Shown here piece after piece: positions 39,376 through 52,984 of a stretch of DNA of 64,000 nt. Position numbers and translations under genes: made by a program. Location of the stretch: assembly GCA_951406725.2 (NCBI GenBank), contig OX597829.1, forward strand, positions 36,704,001 through 36,768,000, in the 5' to 3' direction. Position 1 is the first letter of the stretch; every line of letters starts with the position of its first letter. The stretch is from Octopus vulgaris. Taxonomy: Eukaryota. A model generated the notes under the pieces. The model saw only the letters and a list, made by a program, of their open reading frames with translations. It was not told the DNA's origin and made no database searches.

Positions 39376-42031
39376 AACTTACAATAAAATAGGGCTTTGT
39401 TGGCAATTACGCTCTAACAGCGTTTATTCCCTGCCATATTTGTTGTGTGTCGCAAAATAAATCTTTCCTCTCTCGGCACACCAGAACCGTTACTATCATT
39501 ACACTTGGAAAATGAATGCTTTTTTCTTTCTCTCCTAGGACAGATCTGATGCTTTTTCTATCGCCGATATGAATCGAGCGACTTTTGAGCTTGGTTATTT
39601 TTATCTATTTTTTTCTGTCGATTGAGAAAAAAGAAAAAGAAAAAGACATTTGTTTACAGTTGTAAAAATGCTGCAACGCCACTGGTGAGTGCTGTTTACT
39701 GCATAAATAAAAGATCTATGTAAGTGATTATCTGTCTGTGTAACTAACTCTTTAACTGCCTCTTTTTCAATATATCTGCCTGTGTATTCGTGTATGCATA
39801 TAGGCGCGTGTGTTTTTTATGTGGATATAATATGCTCATATACTCACATATACTCTTTTTTTTTCTCCCCGCTTTTCAATTATTCTTTTTTGTTTTATAT
39901 GGATGAAAATTCTAATATTATTGTTATAAATACGTAAGATATTGCAGTATTTTAATTGACGAATCACCGTAGATTAGCTGAAATGGTAAAATAGTAGTGT
40001 TGGACCAAAATGCCTTATTGTATTTCATTATGTCCCTTTACGATCTGCGTTCAAATTCTGCTAAAGTCGTAAAATAAATACCTGTCAAGCGTTGGGGTTG
40101 AACATACCTGAATATTCCATTTGTCTCAAAATGCAATTATCATATTTGTTAGAGGGCAATATCTGAATAGACGCCGTGAAGTAAAGGTTAAAGCAATATT
40201 TCTTGAAAAGCTTGCTAACATGAAATAGGAATTCTAATTTTATTTTCCTTTTTTAATACCAATACAAACTTTAAATACTTGTCTGTTGAATTCACTTTAT
40301 TCCAAGCAATAGCAGGATAGTCTTAAAGCTCTTTGTATGAGAATAACTATTCTAAGCTGAAACGAAGTATTTCGTGAAATAGTTTTAATTTTAAGTTGAC
40401 ATTTTTCTCACTATTTAATTTAGTTTTTCTTTTTATTTCTATTGGGAAAAGTGTTTAATTTTTGAATTCATGCGATAATTTTAGAAGTAAAATGTAATTT
40501 AGAAATTGCATTGATCGCTTTGCGAGGTCAATAAAATCTTTCCAAATGATAGTATCGATGGTGGCTGATTCAAGGTATTTGAAGTATTTAGCAGTTTGTA
40601 TCTGGCGCCAAATTACAGCAAATACACAGATCCTCATCTATTGTATTGTACAACCTCGTTCTGCGTAGAATGATTTTCTAATGGTTATTAGTTGTTATTT
40701 CGTTATAATTAAAAGAAAACAGAGAAAGAAAGAAACCTCAAATAAGCCACAATGTACTGCGGCATCAAAAACAGAATATTGGTGGGGAGGCATATCAGAC
40801 CACAACCTACGTTCAAATCTTTCAGTCTCAAAAATTCTTTTTAAGGACAGAATCTGTTTTTTGTTTCTATTTTTCAATTATCCAAACTTATTTACCGAGC
40901 CAGGAATTTCCAAACCGCTTTTTTTTTCCATCAGACCCCTTCCTGCCAAAACAGTCTCCTAGCAATTGATTTCGAAGTGATTCCACTTGATGGCCAGAAC
41001 AATGCCACATATTACTATTTTTTTTTACTCATCAATCTATATTTTATCAAGAAAGTAGAAATGGCAAATTAATTCTATGTATGAAGTAACCAAACCAGAG
41101 AAAATGAAGGAAATAAATTATATATACATTTAAGAGTATAAGTATTAAGACAAAGTCACAAACGGCCACAACCCAATGAAGTAAAAAGTTAAAATCAAAC
41201 AAAACATATATCAAGTACCAAGTACCAAGTTTCATGCCATATAGAAAACTACCGACTTTCTAAACATCAAAATCAAATATAGCAAATCCTCCATCAAATG
41301 TTTTGACCAATCATTCCCGAAATAACTGAAACATCTGGGAAATCATTTTTTGTCCTATTTTTCTTAGAGAAATCAGTCTACGGAAAATCAACTTATCTAA
41401 AACACTTGTTTAGAAAAGTTATAAAAGGTCTCCAAATGTCGAGTAAGTCACTCGTACTTACAACAAAGTAAAAAAAAATAATAATAAATGCTTGAAATAA
41501 TATGGTATGGTCAGATACATTTTCTTGGAAAATGTTTCAATATAAAGAAAATCAATTTCCGAATAAACTTGAACAATATATAAAATTATTAGTACAATCA
41601 AAAATATTTGGACTATCTGCTATTGTATTCTGTGATGAAAAAAATACACCCAATCATTACGATTATAGTTTATTTTACTCTGCAACGAAAAAGTTTATAA
41701 CACTAATTATAAATTATAATGAGTGAATTAGAACACAAATTTACTTCCTTCTGCCTCAAGACTGTGACGCTGAGTCAATTTACGAAGTCATTTATTTTTC
41801 TCTTAATTAGAGCCTTATCTAGAAGAATTAAAATGCTTTTTTAATGAAAATAATACAGAATATAGACTTTCTAACGAAACATTAATTTTGAAGGTTCTAT
41901 ATAAACTTCCAACCAGCTAAGCTATTTTGCTTTTACCATGGAATTTCCACGGGTACTGCTAGTATTCTGTTATACGACGTTTAAAATCATGTCATTACTT
42001 TCTACTCCCGCGTTCCTTTCAGTCAACACAC

Positions 42032-42076
<45 letters not shown>

Positions 42077-42227
42077 ATTTGCCTCTCGCTTCAACTATAC
42101 CACATGCCCCTGCACTTAACATGTCTATATCTCTCTACTTTCTACCTCTTTCTTCAACTAACCACACAACGTAATAACTATTACTTTCCTCTCAGCGATA
42201 ACTCCTCTGTATCCCACTTTCTCTCTC

Positions 42228-42272
<45 letters not shown>

Positions 42273-42819
42273 CTATCTATCCATCTCATCTTTGTCTTCT
42301 TCGTTTCTACCTTGAACTAACCAGTTGATAGCGTCTTAGCGTAATAACTATTACTTCCCCCACCACACGTCGTTAACACTTTTCTCTTCCACTCTTTATC
42401 TCTCCCACTTTTTATCTTTCCCTCTTTCTCTCTCCCTCTCTTTCTCACTCCCTCTTTTCCCTCTCCCTCTTTTTCTCTCGCTTTTCGCCTTTCCTTTCAA
42501 CTAATTACGTGACAGCGCAACGTATTTCGGCCTTAGTTTATTAATATATAGATGGATGGGATAAGATGTGTGGACACTCTAATTCTGTATTTAGAATTGC
42601 CGTTCCTAGAATGTTGGTAAAAAGACGTCGGTGGAAATTTTGCAAACTTTTTCAGTTTCCTGTATAATTTCAAGCAATTTATATGCACATGGCTAAACCA
42701 CCTTTCTATGTGTTGGAAGTGGACACATCCTATTTTAGCATTAATAGCAATAAGTAATTTATTCAGGTTTAGTTTTAAGCTGAGTGGTATTATCATCAGG
42801 TTTGTCATTTATTTTCATA

Positions 42820-43095
42820 TCACCTTGATCACCTTGACCGACCAGTCCGTCGGGCGTCCATTTGACACCGCTGGTCACAGCACGCTGTCCACTCCTCTCT
42901 GGATCGCGCCTTTCTCATCCACGTGATCCTAATCGTCCTCCTGAAATCGTAACTCCACAGTCGTGGAGGCCTTCCGGGTGGTCGTTTCCGCTCGCGCGAG
43001 TACCACTCGACAACTGCGCGGGTCCACCGATTATCGGTGAGCCGGGCGACGTGTCCAGCCCATCTAAACTTGCTGCGTGTATACTCTGCGATGAC
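42820..43095 (-). mobile_element. RTE-clade LINE 3' end
   Basis: SKFRWAGHVARLTDNRWTRAVVEWYSRERKRPPGRPPRLW; tail (TCAAGGTGA)n. Confidence 0.9.
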
Positions 43096-43668
43096 ATATT
43101 TGTCCTTATTCCCAATAACGAACACGTTGCTCTTGCCGCTTTTGAAAATATTTTTATTACTTTACAATTCTCTTGAAATGGTGTAGTGGTGATTCTATCG
43201 ATATTTGTTGGCTTCACACTCTACTAAGTCTTTTATTGTGATTCCATTTGAGGTGACAGTTATGACGAAGATTCAAGAGCGTTGTGTAATCAGGGCTGAG
43301 TTTATGTTATAAGAAATTGTTTATTGTGCATTAGCAGTAGTATTTTCTATTGTAGAGCCTTCTAAATTTCTGTGTATTATTGTTCTTTATACAGCGTGCG
43401 AGTGAACCCTGGATATTGTCATTGAATTAACTACACGACATTATAACAAAATGATCCAACGTAAAGATGGTCAGGTTTTTAATGTATAAGTGTGTGTGTG
43501 TATATATGTATGTGTATGTGAATGTGTTTGTGTGTGTATGAGTGAGTAAATATGTGGTGGGGGAGTTAATTATATGGCCGTTCATAGTGACCAATGATTT
43601 CGCATTCATAAACTTAGCTTTATAGACAGATCGTCAGACTCTAATGGCCAAGGGCATATAACCGCTAC

Positions 43669-43728
<60 letters not shown>

Positions 43729-43734
43729 GGGGGG

Positions 43735-45000
43735 TGAGTCTAGAAGAAGGGACAGTGCCTATGATCTACGTAAGCTCTCTCCAGGATGGTATGAGTGATG
43801 CTGTTAATACTTTTGAAGTTCGAAAATTAACAACTGCAGAGAGGAATAAAGAGAGTGTCGTTCCCATGAGAAGAGTAGATTAAACGTAGTGATTGGCGGA
43901 TGGTCTAAAGAGGTTGGAAACAACGTCACTGATGAAAGAAGAGACAAGAAGGAACGCTCCAAGGAACAATAGCTACTGTGTAGCAGACACGGAGAGAAAA
44001 CTGTATATGTCCACAAGAGGCTGAAAGGTGTCTGTGGTTGACCGTAAGTCGATCAATCTAGTGGGATTTTTTTCCTACCAGCACATTTTTCCTAAATGTG
44101 AAAGTTGATACTCCACTGTCGATTTAGCTAAATCTTTTAGAGAATCAATGATTTTGTAGGGCTGAAATATCTTATGGCTCTAAGTCGTTGGTATTCGGGC
44201 TTAGCTTTTAGAAGGATATGCTGTCATCTGGAGATACCATCGGTGGTATTGAGGCTCAATGAGGCGGCGAGCTAGCAGAAGCGTTAGCACACCGGGTGAA
44301 ATGCTTTGCGGTACTTCGTCTGCCGTTACGTTGTGAGTTCAAATACCGCCGAGGTCGACTTTGCCTTTCATCCTTTCGGGGTCGATAAATTAAGTACCAG
44401 TTACGCACTGGGGTCGATGTAATCGACATAATACCTATGTCTGTCCTTGTTTGTCCCCTCTATGTTTAGCCCCTTGTGGGTAATAAAGAAATAGGTATTG
44501 AGGCTCAACGATTGGAGTGATTATGAGGTATGATGCGTTGGTGTGTTCTTAGTATGACCAGCATTTGTGCTTTCTTGCTGTTGAAAAATACAAGATTGGA
44601 TGATGCTTTCGATGTCTCTGTTCATAGGGTTCAGTGCGGGTATGGTTTGCTATATCAAGTTTACGAGGGAACGATGCATGGTTAGGGAATGTTACAAGGA
44701 ATAAAGGATAATGTCGTCTGTTGAATGTGACATTAGACAAGTCATTCTTCTCTTCGGCATCTGTCCGTCTCGAGGGACGATGGTGTAGCTCGGAAAAGGT
44801 GGTGGGTTTACTCTCCAGTCCTCTTCCTGTTGAGCTACAAGGCCTGGGCAGGTTTGTATGAGGGATCAGCTGTTGCCCCTGCAGTTTGATCCCCCCCCTC
44901 TCCACGCAGCTGGTAGCTCCGTGGGAGCACTTTGTAGGCAGTGGGAGCTCATCTCCGCTACCACTCCCGGCTATGACAGCCTTTGAAACCAGAAAAGTCA
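43735..45000 (-). mobile_element. Probable LINE 5'UTR plus ORF1 remnant interrupted by a SINE
   Basis: GC-rich structured leader (44760-45000) followed by a decayed frame (..RRHYPLFLVTFP..). No diagnostic motif, so family unresolved. Confidence 0.35.
44262..44493 (+). mobile_element. SINE family B with 15-bp TSD GGTATTGAGGCTCAA
   Basis: TSD at 44245-44259 and 44494-44508. Confidence 0.92.
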
Positions 45001-46286
45001 TTAATGTACAAAAAACGAGTGTAAGGGAGAAAATCGAATTTGAGGCGCACTTTAACAGTTAACAAATTGAGGAAAAGACACAGCTCCAACAATACATATA
45101 GCGATAGCACGATTGGATAAGAAGCTACCGAACTAAGTGGTGAGAAGCAGATGGGATCCATAGGTGGGTTGCTTTGTCGCAGTACCACAGTTTCCCTCAA
45201 ATTTCTCCAAATGCCAAATAAAATTTGTTTTTTTTTAAATATATTATCTTCTTGAAGTTAGTTTTCTCACTTAACTTTAGTTTGGAAGTACATTTGAATG
45301 TTTCAATGAAATATTTGCAATTTTGTTTGTCTCTCTTTACTCCTCTTCCACTTATTTCTACTTCAAATAACTTACTTCTCCTTACTCTCCTTCGTATCTT
45401 TTTTTTATCTTGTTTATGCTTTACAATAATGATTTACACATATTAAATTGTAGCACAACAGTAGTGTACACGTGTATGTATATGTACGTTTGTGTGTGTG
45501 TGTGTGTATACAAATATATTAAAAATATGAAATGTAAAAGAGATTAAAATTATAATTGTGTTTTGTGCAATAGTATAAAACGACGATTGAACCGCGACTA
45601 AAAGATTTCTTGGAAATAAAGTTGCTAATTATAACTTTTCGATATTTGTCATTAAAGTGTGGAATTGTTTATGAATTATAGTTGATAAAAAAAGATATGA
45701 TGACGTGTTTATATTTTTATCAATCATATTTTGTTGTTTTGTTATAAATTAAATATAATTTATTATATTCTTTGTGTTTATAACAATTTTCGTATTTTTA
45801 TAAGTATATCTGTTATGTTTATTAATACTTGTACCAGATTGTATTTTTAATTCATGTTCGAAGTTTTAGGTCGTGCTGTCTTGTTTGCCGGAAAAAAAAA
45901 CTGTGTTGTTTACGCTTATACCAAATAGATTGTTTCGTTTATAGCCACAATATCTCTGATATATATGTATGCACTTAAGAGTAGCAATCTCTCAGGAAGG
46001 ACCAAGATACTGTAAAATAGCCACCACTGTTTCTCAATTACAACCCCTTGACGAAATATTGATCATCTCGTCCAAGCGACATTCTGATCGAACCATTTTC
46101 ACTGCTTGTGCTGTTGCTACCATCGATATCTGTAGCGTTCAAAAATCAATTGATCGGTAGAGTGCACACAACATATCCAGAATGCTACGCTGCACCCCTT
46201 ACGATTCAGAAGTGCATCCCGAATTGTGCTGTATGGTACTCAGTCAGATTAATCTGTGGGTCACACTTCCTTGAACGGTCAACATC

Positions 46287-46522
46287 CTATTTCTTTATTA
46301 CCCACAAGGGGCTAAACACAGAGGGGACAAACAAGGACAGACAAACGGGTTAAGTCGATTACATCGACCCCCCCAGTGTGTAACTGGTACTTAATTTATC
46401 GACCCCGAAAGGATGAAAGGCAAAGTCGACCTCGGTGGAATTTGAACTCAGAACGTAACGGCAGACGAAATACGGCTACGCATTTCGCCCGGCGTGCTAA
46501 CGTTTCTGCCAGCTCGCCGCCT
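46287..46522 (-). mobile_element. SINE family B with TSD AACGGTCAACATCCT
   Basis: Full reverse copy; TSD on both flanks. Confidence 0.92.
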
Positions 46523-46596
46523 TAACGGTCAACATCCTGCGTATCACAAGACTGCTTGGCAGGGGTTGAGGCTACAACAACAGCAGTAGAAACGTT

Positions 46597-46830
46597 TTAT
46601 GAGATTTTTCTCAAAGTTTGAAGGATGCATGTGTGGATATCTCTCGACTGGTAAGTTCTGAGAATCCAGGAACCCATTCTGCGGATCATGTCAACTTTGA
46701 ATGTGTGGATATCTCTCGACTGGTAAGTTCTGAGAATCCAGGAACCCATTCTGCGGATCATGTCAACTTTGCTGTTTATATGAGCGGCCCAGCTTATGTT
46801 GTTGTCCACAATTACTCCCAAGTCTCTGAT
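46597..46830 (-). mobile_element. CR1-type RT fragment with exact 72-bp tandem duplication
   Basis: RDLGVIVDNNISWAAHINS(KVDMIRRMGSWILRTYQSRDIHT)x2. Confidence 0.8.
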
Positions 46831-47419
46831 ATTGTTGGATGCGGAAGTATGGGGGGTTTCGTCTGTTTTAAGTGGTACATTGAGAAATCAATGAGATTTT
46901 GGTAAGTGAAAAATACTTTGGAGAAGAATTAAAATGACACCGCCTAGACACTATGGATTTAATACGTAGAGAACTCGAAATATCATAGTGCCAATAGTTA
47001 CTGTACATATATTCTGAATTCAGTGTCAGGGCTTATCATACATTTCGTGACACAAAGCAAGCCGAATTTCAACCTACATATGAGGAGTATATTCGCTATT
47101 TCTCCTGGAGATCAACGAATCTCTTCCACACATACCCGACTCAATATTTGTTTGTAATGAAAATGTATCGGGATAGTATTTTATGTTTAAACGGAGGCAA
47201 AATTTCAAGTGCTTAATTGTTCTCACAATTGATAATATAGATTAAAACTAAATAAATAGATTTACTTAATGACAGATGTATAAACGAAAAATAAGTATAT
47301 ATACTTATGTTGTTGTCCACAATTACTCCCAAGTCTCTAGCTCAAGAGCTGAAACTGGAAAACAACATACACCAATAACGGTTTCTTTGTTTCAAACATA
47401 CAAACACGCACGCATAAAT

Positions 47420-47715
47420 GTTAGTTAGTTAGTTAGTTAATTTGGCTCAAAAGCAAATAGCAAGGCCATGTAGGGGGACATGGAGTTAAGTACAGGGTGG
47501 TGTTCATGTAAAGTGTTCAGGCCACTTGAGGTCAAGGGAGGCTTTGAACAAAGCGGTCGTCGGCATCTTCACCATCTCGTCTGGCAGCTTGTTCCACGGA
47601 TCCGCAACCCGGACGGAGAAAGCTCCTCTCCTTCGATTGAGATGAAATCGTCGCAGGTAGAGCTTTTCGGAATGACCCCGCAGCCGACGCTCTGGAGCAG
47701 GAGTGAAGAACAGCT
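47420..47715 (-). mobile_element. CR1-type LINE 3' end, (AACT)n tail
   Basis: Same family as 61570-61975: LRGHSEKLYLRRFHLNRRRGAFSVRVADPWNKLP. Confidence 0.88.
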
Positions 47716-48166
47716 AAACGTGTGTTGCTATTTTAGTCTGTTGATGAACTCTCAATCTATTAGGAAGTAAAAACAAATGCGTCAATTTTCACCCCGAAGA
47801 AATATCTACTTTCGTTATTTCATAATGCAATTTTAACTGTAATTTACATGAAGATTGATATGGAAACGATCGTAGGCTTATATAATTGACAAAATGTAAA
47901 TAAATTGATTATGCTGTGTTCAAACTCTCCGTTTTCTTTATGATATATTACTATAACTATATCCACATATATCGATGAGAAGTAAGGATCTATACGAAAT
48001 ACTGGAATTCCATAATGTGTATAATACTGGTGCCCAATAAATGATAAACACTAATATTACCAGAGAAAAGCAGGATTCCAGAAAGTTCATCGATATATAC
48101 GATAAAACCGGAGGACGCTTGGATGTTGACATCCCTTTAAAGAGGAATCTATCTCCTCACAAAACC

Positions 48167-48209
<43 letters not shown>

Positions 48210-48214
<5 letters not shown>

Positions 48215-48356
48215 CGGTTTCAGTCTTTCTAACTTTTTCAACTGAGAATAAAGCACGAAAAACAATTCATTTGTGGAAAAATTAAATGCATGTTTTTTTT
48301 TAATATTTCCATAGTTTTCAAATACGTGGAAAATTTTCCTTTTTTCTGTGTGTATG

Positions 48357-48420
<64 letters not shown>

Positions 48421-48680
48421 TTTTGTAAAAGCTCGGTAGGTAGGGGGTAGCAGATCTGAAGAAATATTTAAATATTTCTTCAGATCTGCTACTCCCTACC
48501 TATTGAGCCTTCACAAAAGTAAAAGAGAGAGACACACATAAAAAAAGGATAATGTCTCACGTCTTTGAAAACTATGGAAATATTTTTTTTAAAAACATTT
48601 CAATTAATTTTTCCACAATTTAATTGTTTTTCATGCTTTACTCAAAGTTGAAAGGGTCGCAAAGGCTGAAACCGGTACTA
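48210..48680. repeat. ~470 bp fold-back element with a 46-bp perfect central palindrome and hammerhead-like motifs at both ends
   Basis: Centre GTAGCAGATCTGAAGAAATATTT|AAATATTTCTTCAGATCTGCTAC (48447-48492); arms end in GAAACCGGTACT. Confidence 0.85.
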
Positions 48681-48766
48681 AAATGTCCATAATAAAATTA
48701 TTTTAGCATTTTCTTCTTTGTCCTATTTTCCCTATACATATTTGTGTGTGTGTGTGTGTGTGCATT

Positions 48767-48842
<76 letters not shown>

Positions 48843-49754
48843 TTGTATGTATGTATGTATGTATGTATGTATGTATGTATGTATGTATTTATAGAAATAA
48901 TTAGGACTCAGTTGAATAGAGTACTTAAGTTGATGCACCAAGTCAGTCCGGTATTATCCGCTAGGTTCAAAGTAAGGTGAATAAAAGGCAAATAAGTAAC
49001 AAGGATATCAAGGTATTAATGCAATACGCCCGTATCAGGCGGCTTTATTTAATCGAACAATGCAACCATTACATCAGCACCATCTTCTAAATAAAAATTT
49101 CAAGTCAGAATATTCTATTATAATTTTTAGCAAATATTTCATCAGAGTTAGAGAAGAAAAAAATTCCATGATGCTACTAATGTGGCAGAATAAGCTTAAA
49201 TAGAAACAACTACAATTTTGGAATGGCAGAAGTGGAAACACAGTGGGGAGGGGGGTCATGAGATTAGTAATTTAGCTACAATATTTATCTATCCTCTTGC
49301 CATCATCAAAAGATCTAATGCAGCTAGCTTCCAGATACTAGGAGTTGACAATTAAATTTAACTTTCAACTCCTAATGTCATATATGTAGAGATGTATGTA
49401 TGCATGTATGTAGAAATGTGTACATTCATGTATGCACGTGAATGTATATACATTCGTATGTATATGAGTATCCGCTCGCCTGTGTGTGCATACGTATACA
49501 TATATGAAGGTGTATGTATGCTTCACATATGTGTATGTATCTATCTATATATATATGGTGTGTGTGTGTATGTATATATGTGTATATGCATGTATATATA
49601 CATATACATGTGTGTGTGTTTATATATATGTTGCATGTATGTATTTAGTGTGTATATATATAATTATAGATTTATATGTTTGTATGTGTGCGTATACGTA
49701 ACAAACAATCGTTATTGAATTTTAAACCTAGGAATTTTTTCAATCCATGGGATA

Positions 49755-50175
49755 TCTTTATATATAAAAGTCAAGTTGTGTGTCTGTCTCCTACGATTTA
49801 GATTCCTAACTACTCCCACATTTTGCGGTGCAGTGTAACCAAAAGCGGTGCAGTGTAACCAAAAGCGGGTATCTTATAGTCGTGATTCATATCGAGCCCT
49901 CCTGAGTATTAGCGTGCGTCTACGATGAGTCTATGATTTTTTTTTAAATTTACCATAATTTTTTTCCATTTTAATGCATTTTTTTCGCTATTATATAAGG
50001 GAAGTAACTCTCTAAAAATGTCTACAATGAGTCAACGATTTTAAAAAAAATTTACCATCATTTTTTTTCCATTTTTAATGCATTTTGTTTTGCTATTTTT
50101 TGGCTATAACTCTCTAAAAATGGTTATATAGTTATTTCCGTTACAAACCCGAGCAACACCGGGCGATCCTGCTAG
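49755..50175 (+). mobile_element. Non-autonomous Helitron
   Basis: A|TCTTTATATATAAAAG...CCCGAGCAACACCGGGCGATCCTGCTAG|T: 5' TC, subterminal hairpin, 3' CTAG, A/T target. Confidence 0.85.
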
Positions 50176-50299
50176 TAAATTTATAAAACAAGCTTACGCC
50201 TCTCGTAATTCGCTATTTGTTTATCATCAGTTAAAGTCTTTTGGTCACGTATTACTCCCTCTTTAACTCAAGGTATTTGCGCGCGCGCGCGCGCGTGTG

Positions 50300-50522
50300 T
50301 GTATGTGAGTGCTTTTGTGTCTCTGTTTGTCCTCCACTACCGCTTGACAATTGTAGTTGGTGTTTCCATCCCGGTAACCCAACGGTTCGGCAAAAAGAAA
50401 CCGATAGAATAAGTAGCAAAATGAAAAAAAAAGCAAGTACAGAGGTCGATTTATTCGACTAAAAATTTTTCAAGTTGGTGCCCCAGCATCGCTGCAGTGT
50501 AATGACTGAAACAAGTAAAAGG
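50300..50522 (+). mobile_element. SINE family A, 3' half
   Basis: CGCTTGACAA..GGTTCGGCAAAAGAAACCGATAGAATAAGTA..ACTGAAACAAGTAAAA. Confidence 0.78.
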
Positions 50523-50530
50523 AAGACATA

Positions 50531-51822
50531 CAGGGTGTCCCGAAATTAAGGCAATTGAAATTTCGGGCGTTAATAACTATAAATAAATGTGATAAGATAT
50601 GAAAATTATACATCACTATAAAAGCTTAGTGTGTCTTCATTCTATTTCAGACTAAATAAATTCAGATTTATTAATTAGATAATTGCCATAGACCGAAATA
50701 CAATCATAACCCTCCACAAAGAAGGTGAAGTAATACAGCTATGGCAATAAAAAAAAAACCTTAAAATTTACCGAACAACAGTCTGGAAAATTGTCAAGAA
50801 ATTTCAAGAAACTGGTTCCACCACATATCGACCTTGACGCGTCTGAAAAATAAGTTTGCGGTCCCCTCAGCTTATCAAAAGTACCAGGAAAAAAATTAGG
50901 CGAAATCCTCGTCATTCCATCGGAAAATTGGCTGCCTCAGCAAAAATAAGCCGAACACCGATGTATCGAGCGCTGTAGGAGTATCTCAGGACCCACCCCT
51001 ACAAGATGATCGGCCGTCATGAGCTCACGCATGAGACTAGAGAGTAATCGTCTTTTCCTGTGTTAGATTGCTGAAGTCACGCTATCCAAACTGGTGTTCT
51101 CTGATGAAAAGAAATTTGACATCAAACAGAAAGTAAACCACCAGAATGACCGACTTTGGAGAGTATCTGGCTCCGTTGGGAGTAGACTCGTAAATCGACG
51201 TCAAAATCCACAGTCAGTTATGATTTGGGCGGCTGTAATAGCCACTTGAAGATCTTTCCCTTGCTTTTGTGCCCTCGGGTGTTAAAATTAATATCCAACG
51301 ATACATTAGCGACATTCTGGAAGGTGAACTGCTTCCATGGGGGAATGAGCGCTTTCAAGGCACACCTTGGAGCTTCCAACAAGACTTGTCACCATCCCAC
51401 AGCCCCAAACAGACGTACCACTGGATTCAGAAAAGCATCCCGTCATTCATAGGCAAGGATGACTGGCCCTCAGGAAGCCCGAATCTCAACCCGTTGGATT
51501 CTTCAGTTTGGTCCATTTCGGAGACACGGGTCTCGAGCACTCCTCCTACTTCGCTCGATGCTCTGGAGGTAAAACTACACCAGGAACTTCGATTCTGCAA
51601 GATCAGCTGCATGCCGCGTGTGAAGCATTTGCACCTAGACTTAAGGTACCTCGACTTAAAGCTGTGATTCAAATCAAAGGGTGGTCATATCGAATAAATG
51701 TGGTAGTGTCATGATTGTGCTTCCTTTACCATAGCATTGCAACGCTCGAACCCGAAATAATAAGAATATTTTGCTTTGACAAAATTGAAAAAAACTGATT
51801 GCCTTAATTTTGGGACACCCTG
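50531..51822 (+). mobile_element. Full-length but decayed DD37D (maT-type) transposon with TIRs and TA TSD
   Basis: TA|CAGGGTGTCCCGAAATTAAGGCAAT ... ATTGCCTTAATTTTGGGACACCCTG|TA; VFSDEKKF, FQQD, WPSGSPNLNPLD with 37 residues between the last two Ds. Confidence 0.93.
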
Positions 51823-51847
51823 TACATGGGGGGGGGGCGGTTAGTTG

Positions 51848-52615
51848 GTAAGTGGTGCCGAATTTTACAATTCTGTAAATAATAATAATGATATTTTATA
51901 AACGATCGCCGTGTATTGACTAAAGTGAATAGTCTATTTTGGGGCATATAAGCCCTCGACGGAAAAAAAAAGAAGGACTTTCAGAAATTCGAATACAGTA
52001 AGCACGCACACATATCATCATTATCATCATCATGGGACACGGACTTACACCTCTATGTATTCGCGACAAGTGTACTATAATTACGCTAACGTATCCCCTG
52101 GCTTCTTTCCGTTAGATTTAAGTACTTCATAGTGTTGTTTTTATAAAAAGGTTTATATGTGCGTTTTCTGCAATTACGTGGTAAGCGGTGCCGAATTTTA
52201 CAATTCTGTAAATAATAATAATAATAATAATATTTTATAAGCTTAAAGCTTATAAGCGATCACCGTGTATTGATACGGCAACCCCCAACTTTTTTCCGTC
52301 GAGCGCAGCTGGCAGAAACGTTAGCACGCCGGTCGAAATGCGTAGCCGTATTTCGTCTGCCGTTACGTTCTGAGTTCAAATTCCGCCGAGGTCAACTTTG
52401 CCTTTCATCCTTTCGGGGTCGATAAATAAAGTACCAGTTACGCACTGGGGGGTCGATGTAATCGACTTAATCCGTTTGTCTGTCCTTGTTTGTCCCCTCT
52501 ATGTTTAGCCCCTTGTGGGCAATAAAGAAATGTATATACCCCAATGTTAGACTATTTACTTTAGTCAATACACGGTGATCGCTAATAAGCTTTAAGCTTA
52601 TAAAATATTATTATT
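51848..52615. repeat. Direct plus inverted repeat element, interrupted by a SINE
   Basis: GTAAG.GGTGCCGAATTTTACAATTCTG..CCGTGTATTGA at about 51848 and 52181; inverted partial copy at about 52545-52615. Confidence 0.7.
52306..52531 (+). mobile_element. SINE family B
   Basis: Near-consensus copy. Confidence 0.9.
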
Positions 52616-52863
52616 GAGTGGGTGTGGGTGTGTGTATATGTGTGTGTGTATTTACACACATACTTCTCTGTATTTATAGATATATCCATGCACGACTTGA
52701 TGCATATAAGCTGTTTTCAATAAGTATGTGTATAAAGTATTTTGTGAGTATGTATATATTAGTGTAGGTGCAGTGCAGGTACGAACATGCATATATGTGT
52801 ATGATTGAGTACATATATTCACATCAACAGATAAACACGCACAAACAAACTTTCCTCTCACTA

Positions 52864-52984
<121 letters not shown>

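Noticed and set aside
40455-41500. Short ORFs in unique sequence; numt or BTB-like fragment considered
   Set aside because: No convincing motif in any frame, and stops persist under the mitochondrial code.
44840-44990. Possible HDV-like ribozyme in a LINE leader
   Set aside because: Some helices (GGTAGC/GCTACC, GGGAGT/GCTCCC) exist, but I could not build the nested double pseudoknot by hand.
49020-49080. CTGATGT..GATACGGGCGTA hammerhead-like remnant on the minus strand; similar half-motifs near 14386, 16265, 22375, 50190 and 54705
   Set aside because: Multiple core changes or a missing half; too degenerate to support.
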